Virus record (IMG/VR): IMGVR_UViG_3300032285_004054
Span: 62,001-126,000 of that record
Reading direction: 5' to 3' (one strand)
DNA length: 64,000 nucleotides
Part shown: piece by piece, positions 46,405 through 54,842 of the stretch
Position numbering within the stretch: position 1 is the first letter of the stretch
Layout: each line of letters starts with the position of its first letter
Notes under the pieces: generated by a model
The model's input: only the letters and a program-made list of their open reading frames with translations
The model's database searches: none
What the model was told of the DNA's origin: nothing
Made by a program: the position numbers and the translations under genes

Positions 46405-46461
46405 AGTTATAAATTTTCCTTTTTGTTAAAAGATTTTCGACCTTGTTGAGTATGAAAAATT

Positions 46462-47436
46462 TTAGTGATTGAAACGGATACTAGATCCGTCAATCTTTTT
46501 CATCTCATTCAGATATCCGCCTACTCCTGTACTTGATACAGGTCTTGGAGCAGAAATTTCTTCTGAAAGAACCTCGGTTTCTGGACGGTCGATTGATTCA
46601 ACAATGCGAGCGGTCAGACCTTCTTTGGCGGTTTCTTCCAGTTCGGAAACTTCTTTCTCGAACATCTCAACTACGTACTGATAGTTCTCATTAATATACT
46701 CAGGGGTCTTACCCTTGAGAAGCTTAGTTACATAAGCTTTAGCAGACCCAGGTAAATCCTTTGTCTTGCTTTCAAGCAATAAGGAAGCTTCTGTACGGCT
46801 TAACTTGTGGTTAAGATCGGTGTTAGCTTCTATTGCTTCGTTTAACTCCTTCTTTAAGGAATCGATTGTTCTCTTGCCGTCAAGAAGAGCTTCTTTGATT
46901 TCATTATCAATGTACTCTTCATTAACTGCAACAAGCTGACGAATGGCGTCAAGAGTCTTACGAGCCTTGATGTTTTCAACAGCTTCATTGACTTGATCGA
47001 CAGGTACTGTCTTATCAAGGTAAAGATCTAGGTAATTGGAAACCTCATCAACGATACGGTTACTGAAAGCTTCAGCACTTTCAGATAATTCAACCTTAGC
47101 ATCGGCAAGCTTGGCTTCATAAGACTCGATGATCTGCTGAAGCATGCCTGTGTGGTTTTCGTCAATTTTAGCAAGTACTTTTTGAAGCTTATTGGAGTGA
47201 TCAAAATCAATTGTCTCGACGAGCTTCTGGAGCTTGGCGGTGTGATCCTCATCAATAGCTTCAACTAAGGCTTTAAGTTTCTCAGCATGATCATCGTCAA
47301 TTTTAGCGATGGCTGCTTCGGTTTGAAGATTGGCTTTTTCTTTAACAGCTGTTTCGAAAGCTTCGTGAACGGCTGAGAGTGTTTCTTCGGTAATAAGATC
47401 TTTAAATTGATCTTTTAGAATTTCCTTAAAGTTCAT
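46462..47436 (-). CDS. gp22: Prohead core scaffold protein
   Basis: Acidic coiled coil, FETAV and VSNYLD motifs, position between gp21 and gp23. Confidence 0.85.
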   Translation of the reverse strand: MNFKEILKDQFKDLITEETLSAVHEAFETAVKEKANLQTEAAIAKIDDDHAEKLKALVEAIDEDHTAKLQKLVETIDFDHSNKLQKVLAKIDENHTGMLQQIIESYEAKLADAKVELSESAEAFSNRIVDEVSNYLDLYLDKTVPVDQVNEAVENIKARKTLDAIRQLVAVNEEYIDNEIKEALLDGKRTIDSLKKELNEAIEANTDLNHKLSRTEASLLLESKTKDLPGSAKAYVTKLLKGKTPEYINENYQYVVEMFEKEVSELEETAKEGLTARIVESIDRPETEVLSEEISAPRPVSSTGVGGYLNEMKKIDGSSIRFNH

Positions 47437-47466
47437 AAGTGTTGTATATTTATTTAATCTAATTGG

Positions 47467-47619
47467 TTACTTTTTCACCTGTTCGTTACTAATACTTGAA
47501 CGAATTCTTGATTTTAATTTTTCAGCTACTGCACTTTCTAAGTTAGTACGAGCCTGGGAGTAATCTTTACTAACTAAACTGTTAATAAATGTTTGGATTG
47601 CTTGTTTTTCGTTTGACAT
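47467..47619 (-). CDS. Small prohead-core-like protein (50 aa)
   Basis: MSNEKQAIQTFINSLVSKDYSQARTNLESAVAEKLKSRI..., between gp21 and gp22; below the track cutoff. Confidence 0.6.
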   Translation of the reverse strand: MSNEKQAIQTFINSLVSKDYSQARTNLESAVAEKLKSRIRSSISNEQVKK

Positions 47620-47622
47620 AAA

Positions 47623-48297
47623 TTAAGCTCTTTTTATTAGATTAATAAAGTTGAGTAATGACTCTTTTAAGAAAGCATCTGTTTCGTGCTTAGGTAAATG
47701 TGATAAACTCTTTTCTAATTTATTGTATGCATTCTTAATGTACTCAACAATTCTACCGTCGTTACCGATCATCCATTCTTTTGACTCCATGACGGATTCA
47801 AGCATTGCATTCTGAACAGAAGGTTGATGAACAACGTCAAGACAGATAAGATGGAAATTAGATACGTGCTTAGCATCAGATGACTCTGTAACGTTACCAA
47901 GAGCACGAGAAGAGATACCCATTCTTACACCATCGGTGATGAGAGACTTGAGAAGTTTACCCATGGGTGTATCTAATACTTTAGACTTACCTACGAAGTA
48001 GTTACCGTTTTGTTTTAATTCAGTAACAATATGACAGGCGTTAATTGGATTAACTTCTGTTGACTGAGGGTGATTCATCTCACCGATAGCACGGTTTGTT
48101 ACAACCATGTCCTTTGTGTAACGTTCTACTTCCTTAACCATTTCGTCAAGTTTGTAGATACGACCGTTTTGATTTTTTTGTTCAGCCATCATGAAAGGGC
48201 CTGTAATGTAAACATTACGATCGGCGCCGCGCTTCTGCTCCTCAACTAAAAAGTCGAGGCCTTCGTGATAGTCTTCTACTAAGAATTTAAGTCCCAT
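47623..48297 (-). CDS. gp21: Prohead protease
   Basis: YITGPFM, NQNGRIY, GEMNHP, TPMG, GISSRALG and DVVHQPS; TATAAATA at 48311-48318. Confidence 0.95.
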   Translation of the reverse strand: MGLKFLVEDYHEGLDFLVEEQKRGADRNVYITGPFMMAEQKNQNGRIYKLDEMVKEVERYTKDMVVTNRAIGEMNHPQSTEVNPINACHIVTELKQNGNYFVGKSKVLDTPMGKLLKSLITDGVRMGISSRALGNVTESSDAKHVSNFHLICLDVVHQPSVQNAMLESVMESKEWMIGNDGRIVEYIKNAYNKLEKSLSHLPKHETDAFLKESLLNFINLIKRA

Positions 48298-48363
48298 AGA
48301 TTGATAACATTATTTATACCGGTTAGTCACAATTTCACCTGTAGATTAATAAATACTTATGTT

Positions 48364-49170
48364 ATGTTTATATTTTTATTATCACTATCATCTTTACTGG
48401 TTGCAGGTACTGCTGCGCTGTTTTCAGTATTAGGTATAGCTACTCTCTTTTCTGGTAGTTACTATCAAGTAATGGTAATGGCTGGTGCTCTTGAATTTGG
48501 TAAACTAATAGCAACATCTTTTCTTTATCGTTATTGGAATAAAACAAATGTATTATTAAGAACATATCTATTAATAGCTGTTGCCGTTCTTATGGTAATT
48601 ACATCTGCAGGTATTTTCGGTTACTTGTCTGCAGCATACGAAAAGAATGCTTCATTAAGCACGTTAGGGGATAATAAAATTACTTTAATTGAATCTCAAA
48701 AAGCATCTGTTGATAGCGAGATACAACAAATACAAGGACGTATTAATACCCTTAATGAAGCTCGTAAAGCACAAGAAGCAAGACTACCTAGTATGACATC
48801 CCGTAATGCTAGAATTGTTTATGAGGATATTAAACAATCAAGCAGTGAAATAAAAACACTTACTGAACGCCTACAAACACTTCAAACAACTAAGTTTGAA
48901 AAAGATAATGAACTTATAACCATTAAAACTGATTCTGGTAAAGCTAATGATATCGGTACATTTAAGTTTATTGCTAAATCTTTTAATGCACCTCTTGATA
49001 GCGTTGTTAAGATTTTTATCTTAATACTTGTATCGGTATTTGATCCGTTATCGGTTAGTTTAGTTTTAGCACTTAATATAGCATTAACTGGTGGTATGTT
49101 AAAAGAACCTAAAACAGAAGAACCTAACAATAAAGGTTTTGTAGGTATAGGTAAAATTAAAAGTAAGTAA
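48364..49170 (+). CDS. Conserved phage multi-TM coiled-coil membrane protein
   Basis: Three N-terminal TMs (ALEFGKL, ITSAGIFGYLS), coiled coil, C-terminal TM (VFDPL); start probably ATG 48364 after TAAATA at 48350-48355. Confidence 0.75.
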   Translation: MFIFLLSLSSLLVAGTAALFSVLGIATLFSGSYYQVMVMAGALEFGKLIATSFLYRYWNKTNVLLRTYLLIAVAVLMVITSAGIFGYLSAAYEKNASLSTLGDNKITLIESQKASVDSEIQQIQGRINTLNEARKAQEARLPSMTSRNARIVYEDIKQSSSEIKTLTERLQTLQTTKFEKDNELITIKTDSGKANDIGTFKFIAKSFNAPLDSVVKIFILILVSVFDPLSVSLVLALNIALTGGMLKEPKTEEPNNKGFVGIGKIKSK

Positions 49171-49629
49171 CTATATACCGAGTTCTTTTTCGGTTAGTAT
49201 AGTGAATGTGTAGTTGTGCTTTTTAGCCCACTCATTAGCTGCTTTCCATTTTGCCTGATTCTTAATATACTCTGCCTGCTTTCGTAGCAAACCTTTTGTA
49301 TGTCTTTTTGCTACAGGCGGTCTTGTTTGTATAGACGGTTTCACCTCTATTAAAAATTTTTGTAGTTTACCTTCTTTGTTTTTTATAGTAATATTATTAT
49401 CGACAAAATATCTACTAAGGTTACCTGTTAAAGGGTTTTGATACGGTATTATAATCGATTCTGAACCCCATGTAACTACACTCGGGTTATGATCACACCA
49501 ACGAAATAATTTTAACTCGTACGATGAACGATAGATGATAGGATGAGTACCTTTATACTTGTCAGGGTTTGTAGGTGTGAAGAGCCCCTGTTTAAACTTT
49601 CTAGACTTAGTTATACCCGCGGGGTTCAT
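49171..49629 (-). CDS. gp4: Head completion nuclease
   Basis: NPDKYKG, YRSSYE, WGSE, RYFVD, IEVKP, NQAKWKAA and LTE. Confidence 0.92.
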   Translation of the reverse strand: MNPAGITKSRKFKQGLFTPTNPDKYKGTHPIIYRSSYELKLFRWCDHNPSVVTWGSESIIIPYQNPLTGNLSRYFVDNNITIKNKEGKLQKFLIEVKPSIQTRPPVAKRHTKGLLRKQAEYIKNQAKWKAANEWAKKHNYTFTILTEKELGI

Positions 49630-50489
49630 TAACCTCTAAAGAACATAGGAGGCTGTGCATCAATATAACTTGTTTCAAGTTCTACTTCAAGATCATCTCT
49701 TTCTTTTATACCCTGTCCCATTAAATCAGAATAGTTAACATTACCACCTCCAAAGAGAGAAGTACCTGAATATTTACCACGAACATTTGCTACGGTTATC
49801 TTACATAACGCAAGTGTATATTTGTAAATCCAACGTTCGTCGATTAGCTCTCTAATAGGTCTTTCAATGTAACAACCTACAACACCTACGTATTGATTTT
49901 CAGGAATTGGTTCAGGTATAATCTTTAAGACTTGAGTCTTAGGATCAAATCTAAAACGAGGTCTCATTGCAAGAACAACATCTCTAACTTTAATAAACTC
50001 TTTTAATACTTCCCAGGATGTTAAATCGAAACCAAAATTACCGATCATATACGATGAGTAAATTTGCTGAGCCATTGACTGTTCAAGTGTAAAGAGTGTA
50101 TTAATACCGGTTGACTCACCGTAATTAAATTCAAAGCAATCTATTACTCTTCTGTAATCATTTAAATCATAATCAAAATCAGCTGATAGACCTGCTGAGT
50201 TAGTTGTATTAAGTTCTGGTGTTTGGTTAACTAGTAAAGATACATCTAAACCGTAATTAGGTTTATATAAACTAGATTGAAATACAAGATATTCTTCTGA
50301 GAATCCTGCCCACTTTGTAAAAATTTCTATAGCAGTATTAATGTTGTCATAAATTTGTTCGTTAGCTATTTCAACATTGATGAGTGGTTCACCTAACTGT
50401 CTACGAATGCGCTGAGCTAAAGCATCATAACTATCAATAGTACTATTAAGGCTTGTTGAACCTCTTACGTTTCTAGGGAGTGTGCTCAT
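49629..50489 (-). CDS. gp13: Neck protein (T4 gp13-like)
   Basis: RRQLGEPLINVEI, WIYKYTLA, GKYSG...GGG and PPMFFRG. Confidence 0.88.
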   Translation of the reverse strand: MSTLPRNVRGSTSLNSTIDSYDALAQRIRRQLGEPLINVEIANEQIYDNINTAIEIFTKWAGFSEEYLVFQSSLYKPNYGLDVSLLVNQTPELNTTNSAGLSADFDYDLNDYRRVIDCFEFNYGESTGINTLFTLEQSMAQQIYSSYMIGNFGFDLTSWEVLKEFIKVRDVVLAMRPRFRFDPKTQVLKIIPEPIPENQYVGVVGCYIERPIRELIDERWIYKYTLALCKITVANVRGKYSGTSLFGGGNVNYSDLMGQGIKERDDLEVELETSYIDAQPPMFFRG

Positions 50490-50528
50490 TACGTATTATT
50501 TAATACAGTACACTGATAAATATTATAC

Positions 50529-51953
50529 ATGTCAAGCGTTTTAACAGGTAAAAACGGTATCGTATTAGCACAGACTCCTGTTACCCAGCCTTCTAATTTT
50601 TCATTTGTTCATCCAGGTATTCCTCATACCATACAACAGCTTAATACGCTTAAAGTTAATTTAACAGCCGAACCTTGGAGAACCGGGTATGCTGCATTAA
50701 CAGCTACGTATGAAGCTTCACCAACTTATCTATTTAAAACAGTACCTACTACATGGAGTAGAAACCCTGATTCGTATTTGAATCAGTTTTATTCTGAAAT
50801 GTTAGCTATTTACTTGTATGCTTTACAGTGGTACTTTACAGGTAATGATACATGGGCTCAAGCCGCTCGAGACGCTCTTATAAGATGGGCGACTACTAAT
50901 ACTTCTATGGGCGGTGCTGAACCATATCTTGCAATTGGTTTTACATCATGGAATATATTTGGAGGAGCTGAAATTCTTAGATATACATGGCCTGGATGGA
51001 CTGATGCGGATTCTAAAATCGTGGAGAATTATTTTCTTACTGTATTTTGGGGTAAAGGAGGTAATGGTATAATTGATTCAACAAGCCCGCTTCGTGGCGG
51101 TAATCAAGGTTTAGCTTGTCTTGCAGCTGCATTAGGCATAGCAATCTTTTGTAATGATAGAAATAAATTTGATCAATGCGTTCAGCAATTTAGAATGGAT
51201 CTTAATGCCGGGATAGGTGAGAACTCGTCAGTTGGTTTTGATGGCGAAGCAGGAAGAGATCAAGGTCACCACTATGATCACGTACTATTGATGGCATGGA
51301 TTGCTGAAGTTTTATATACTCAAGGGGTTGATGTTTATTCTGAACTTGATAATAGAATTCTTGCAACATGTGAAATGTTTAGTAGATACAATTACGGGCA
51401 AAATACAATCTGGCCCTTTTCTGGTTACGGTCAACAGATGGGGTATTATTCTGGTTGGGGAGGTGCACCAAATAGTTCTCCCCAACCTCCTGATATGTTA
51501 AACATGGTTTATAGTCACTATGTTACAAGAAAAGGATTACCTGCACCTTGGACAAGCCTTTATAGAGATACACGACCTGAAGGACGATCAAGCTTTATGT
51601 ACAGGTTGTCAGCTAATGATGGTAGAACAGCTAAAACTCGAAAACCTGTTCCTTATCCGTCTACATCATCTGTTACAAAAAGTTTATCAGTTGCAAATAT
51701 TGGTGGATCTGCACCAGCTGGTGTTGCTACATACAATAACACTTCCCAAACTTGGACTCTATCAGCTGGTGGTACAAATATTTGGCAAACTCAAAACTTT
51801 AGTTTCTTCTATCTTCCTATAAAAGGAGATTGTACAGTTATAGCAAAATTAAATTCACTTTATCTAAACGATACAAACTATACAAGAGCTGGTGTGATGA
51901 TAAGAAATTCGCTTGATACGAACGCTGCTGAATTACTAATTAAATTACTATAA
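50529..51953 (+). CDS. Alginate-lyase-family polysaccharide lyase, C-terminally truncated
   Basis: FVHPG, ALQWYFTG, AEILRYT, NQG and EAGRDQGH motifs, then the start of a beta-sandwich (IWQ...GDCTVIAK...AGVMIRNSL); TAAATA at 50517-50522. Confidence 0.7.
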   Translation: MSSVLTGKNGIVLAQTPVTQPSNFSFVHPGIPHTIQQLNTLKVNLTAEPWRTGYAALTATYEASPTYLFKTVPTTWSRNPDSYLNQFYSEMLAIYLYALQWYFTGNDTWAQAARDALIRWATTNTSMGGAEPYLAIGFTSWNIFGGAEILRYTWPGWTDADSKIVENYFLTVFWGKGGNGIIDSTSPLRGGNQGLACLAAALGIAIFCNDRNKFDQCVQQFRMDLNAGIGENSSVGFDGEAGRDQGHHYDHVLLMAWIAEVLYTQGVDVYSELDNRILATCEMFSRYNYGQNTIWPFSGYGQQMGYYSGWGGAPNSSPQPPDMLNMVYSHYVTRKGLPAPWTSLYRDTRPEGRSSFMYRLSANDGRTAKTRKPVPYPSTSSVTKSLSVANIGGSAPAGVATYNNTSQTWTLSAGGTNIWQTQNFSFFYLPIKGDCTVIAKLNSLYLNDTNYTRAGVMIRNSLDTNAAELLIKLL

Positions 51954-52519
51954 GCAGTATTCCAATTACCACTAACACTTAAAAAGCTAAGATCTACTGA
52001 AGATAAGTAAGCAGCACTATTAGTTACTAGGTTTGTATAAGCTGTATGACCACCAACCCATCCTGAAGTTAAAGATTTTAAATCTGTACCTTGATAGTTC
52101 CACGCTGTAGCAGAATTAGACCGAACAGTTGAATAAGCACTATTCCAATTACCACTAACACTTAAAAAACTAAGATCGACTGATGATAGGTAAGCGGCGC
52201 TGTTTGTTAATAAATTAGTGTAAGCACTATTCCAATTACCTGAATTGCTATTTAATAATGTATTATGTCTGTTTGTAGTAGATGAGACAGATAATAAATC
52301 AGTTTGTTGCGCTTTAGCTGTTAGAGCGTTTTTTAAATCGGTTTGTAAGTTTATGTTACCAATAATATTACCCCAAAGAGTAGGGGTACCTGCTTCATTA
52401 ATTGTAATATTAACGTTATCAGTGCTTACTGTTAGTGTGATTGTTTCATTAATTGCACTTGTTGCGATTGTGACAGTTTCATTAACTGCGCTTGTTACAA
52501 CTGTAATTGAGTCGCTCAT
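51878..52519 (-). CDS. Fibre-like repeat protein, probably truncated
   Basis: WGNIIGNINLQTDL motif and NSAAYLSSVDLSFLSVSGNWN repeats; 3' end overlaps the lyase. Confidence 0.6.
   Translation of the reverse strand: MSDSITVVTSAVNETVTIATSAINETITLTVSTDNVNITINEAGTPTLWGNIIGNINLQTDLKNALTAKAQQTDLLSVSSTTNRHNTLLNSNSGNWNSAYTNLLTNSAAYLSSVDLSFLSVSGNWNSAYSTVRSNSATAWNYQGTDLKSLTSGWVGGHTAYTNLVTNSAAYLSSVDLSFLSVSGNWNTAYSNLISNSAAFVSSEFLIITPALV
51960..52225 (-). repeat. Two ~83 bp direct repeats 183 bp apart, plus a partial third
   Basis: ttccaattaccactaacacttaaaaa.ctaagatc at 51960 and 52143. Confidence 0.85.
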
Positions 52520-52860
52520 TATTCAGTAATATCAGCTATAATTGTCCAACTACCTTCAATATATGTTTTATTAAACGTACCGTCAAAAGAGGTTACTTGT
52601 AAATCATATTTGTATGTACCAGGTAGTATGTTTATAATTTGTGGTGGTATTTGTAAGGAATTATTATTATCGTTGTATAATATTTTACCATTCTCAATCG
52701 AGAGTTCTAATACAACAGGAGAGTCAATATCTTCTCTTAATTGCATTTTTGCTGTTTTATCAGCAAGATTAAAAGGTAAATCGTTTCTACTGATAGAGAT
52801 AGAAGATATACCATCCCATGTATCACCTCGACGGTGTGTAGGTATATTATATAAAGCCAT
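52519..52860 (-). CDS. BppU-N-like fibre adaptor protein
   Basis: RRGDTW, MQLR, NGKI, GTYKYDLQ and TYIEG...DITE; TAAATA at 52867-52872. Confidence 0.6.
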   Translation of the reverse strand: MALYNIPTHRRGDTWDGISSISISRNDLPFNLADKTAKMQLREDIDSPVVLELSIENGKILYNDNNNSLQIPPQIINILPGTYKYDLQVTSFDGTFNKTYIEGSWTIIADITE

Positions 52861-52879
52861 ATAGCTTATTTAAGCTAAA

Positions 52880-54802
52880 TTATGCTGCTCCTGGAGAACC
52901 TACTGCTGGAGAAGAACCTTGTGTAGGTGCTAAACCTGGAGTCTCAGATGGTGCTCCTGCGCCTGGAGGAGGAGGACTAGCTGTACCTACGTTAGCACTA
53001 CCTTCTTCACCGCCTGGAGATGGCGACGATCCTCCAAATTCAGGTATTGCGGAACCTCCACCGCCACCACCACCTCCAGAGGTTAGAGGTGGTAGACCAC
53101 CAGCTCCTTCTTCCCCTGTACCGAGACCGGCTTGAGCTGCTAATTGCTCTCTGAAGTTAGGTCCTGAAGTTTGTATTTGTGTTAATTCCCATAAGAGTGC
53201 GGCATCTTTCTTCTGCCACTCTCTATTTTCTTTCATTAAATCGTCAGATAAACCTAGATAATATTTTTGAGCATATGACTTAGATATAGACTCGTTGCCT
53301 GTAATCTTAAGGAAATTATCAAACTTGAGATCAAGCAGCTGTTGCTCTCTCATCGCCATGAACGATGTAGGTATATTAAACTCTACATGCATTGAACGTT
53401 CACGTAACTTAAATTGCTTCCAAAGACCTTTTAACTTGAGATGCGCTATAAATGTATCTCTAATGCTAGTGGCAAACTGGCGCTGAAGACGAATAACGAA
53501 TCTAGCAAATCTTAATTCATCTCTTGTTATTTCAGTACCGTCTTTAAATGGTGAATCAGCTACAAGGAATCTACTTACAGGTATCTTTAGAGAGTTATAA
53601 AGCTTCTTTAAGAAATAATTTAAATCATCTAACTGACCTAAATTAGCACCACCTTGCATCATTTCAACATCTGTACCTTTTCCTTGGGCGTCTACAGGGA
53701 ACCAATATGAATCTAACATCGACTGTGGATCGTAAACGTTAGTCATTGAGCCTTTTTCTCCGTGAGATGTGTCAAAGTTTTTCTTTGACCAGTACTGCTG
53801 CATTAATCTCTTAACGTATGCTTCTGCTTTAGGTGCAGGCATTGTACCTGTATATACTTTAAACTTAAGACGTTCAGGTGCTCTAACTAAACGATAGATA
53901 ATAATAGAATCCTCAAGTAATGATAACTGACGATAAGCACGTTTTGAGTTCTCAATATAAGGTAAACGAATTGTCTTAAACTCATTCCAAATACCAGAGT
54001 GAACATATGTTACCTGAGCTTTCTGCATAAAGAAAAGCTCTTCCTGGTCTTTCTTATTAATTGATGAAGCGGGTGCTTTGACTGTCTTTCTTAATAAGAA
54101 CCCCTTTACAAGTTCGTTCTGTACGTTAGAATAAACAGGGTTAATAATTTCAGATGGTATGCTAACTAAACCAATTATACCTAGTTCAGGTTTATCGTTA
54201 TCTATAATATTTTCCCAGAACAGTTCACCGTCAATTAAGAACTGTCTAAAATACTCCCAACCAGAGTCTTCTAGATCATAGATAACTACGTGTTTTTGGA
54301 ATTCTTTTTCGATTAAATCTTTAACTTCTTTTGTATATTCACCTCTTAATTGGAAGTTGACAATAATATCATTTTCGTCTTTTACAACACATTCATCGCA
54401 AATTTCATCTAAACAATCTGCAAGTTCAGCGTATGCAGCCATACGTCTATAATCTTGCAAGCGGCGTGTTTTGTCTTTATCAACACTTGCATAGATAAAG
54501 GCCTGATAATCTTTGTTAATTAAGATGTTACCTGGAGCAGAACTATCACCGATACCTGCACCTGCAGGGTCTTGTAAAAAGACGGACTGTGCTTGTATAA
54601 ACTCTTCTCTCTTAGGAGCTACACCCTTAAAGTCATAAAACTTAGGATTACGCTGAATCATCGAATCAATGATCTGGTATGCGTAAGGGAGTCTCGATAT
54701 AAACGCGCCTAGGAGAGATGTTGACGGATAGGCCTGATCCTGAACAGGACCTGTAGAACTTCCCGGGATAGCGTTGTTATATGTTTGCTGATTGTAAATC
54801 AC
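52880..54802 (-). CDS. gp20: Portal vertex protein
   Basis: YRRMA, IDGELF, QLSLLEDSIIIYRLVRAPER, DSYWFP, LKIPVSR and EITRDELRF; GTG start after TAAATA at 54809-54814; long G/P tail. Confidence 0.95.
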   Translation of the reverse strand: MIYNQQTYNNAIPGSSTGPVQDQAYPSTSLLGAFISRLPYAYQIIDSMIQRNPKFYDFKGVAPKREEFIQAQSVFLQDPAGAGIGDSSAPGNILINKDYQAFIYASVDKDKTRRLQDYRRMAAYAELADCLDEICDECVVKDENDIIVNFQLRGEYTKEVKDLIEKEFQKHVVIYDLEDSGWEYFRQFLIDGELFWENIIDNDKPELGIIGLVSIPSEIINPVYSNVQNELVKGFLLRKTVKAPASSINKKDQEELFFMQKAQVTYVHSGIWNEFKTIRLPYIENSKRAYRQLSLLEDSIIIYRLVRAPERLKFKVYTGTMPAPKAEAYVKRLMQQYWSKKNFDTSHGEKGSMTNVYDPQSMLDSYWFPVDAQGKGTDVEMMQGGANLGQLDDLNYFLKKLYNSLKIPVSRFLVADSPFKDGTEITRDELRFARFVIRLQRQFATSIRDTFIAHLKLKGLWKQFKLRERSMHVEFNIPTSFMAMREQQLLDLKFDNFLKITGNESISKSYAQKYYLGLSDDLMKENREWQKKDAALLWELTQIQTSGPNFREQLAAQAGLGTGEEGAGGLPPLTSGGGGGGGGSAIPEFGGSSPSPGGEEGSANVGTASPPPPGAGAPSETPGLAPTQGSSPAVGSPGAA

Positions 54803-54842
54803 TTAAGATATTTAATTTGAAGTTTTGATAAAACAAATAGTT

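Noticed and set aside
49171-49629. TnsA transposase or mobile element
   Set aside because: The motifs and position next to gp13 match T4 gp4 head completion protein; no transposon ends or partner genes
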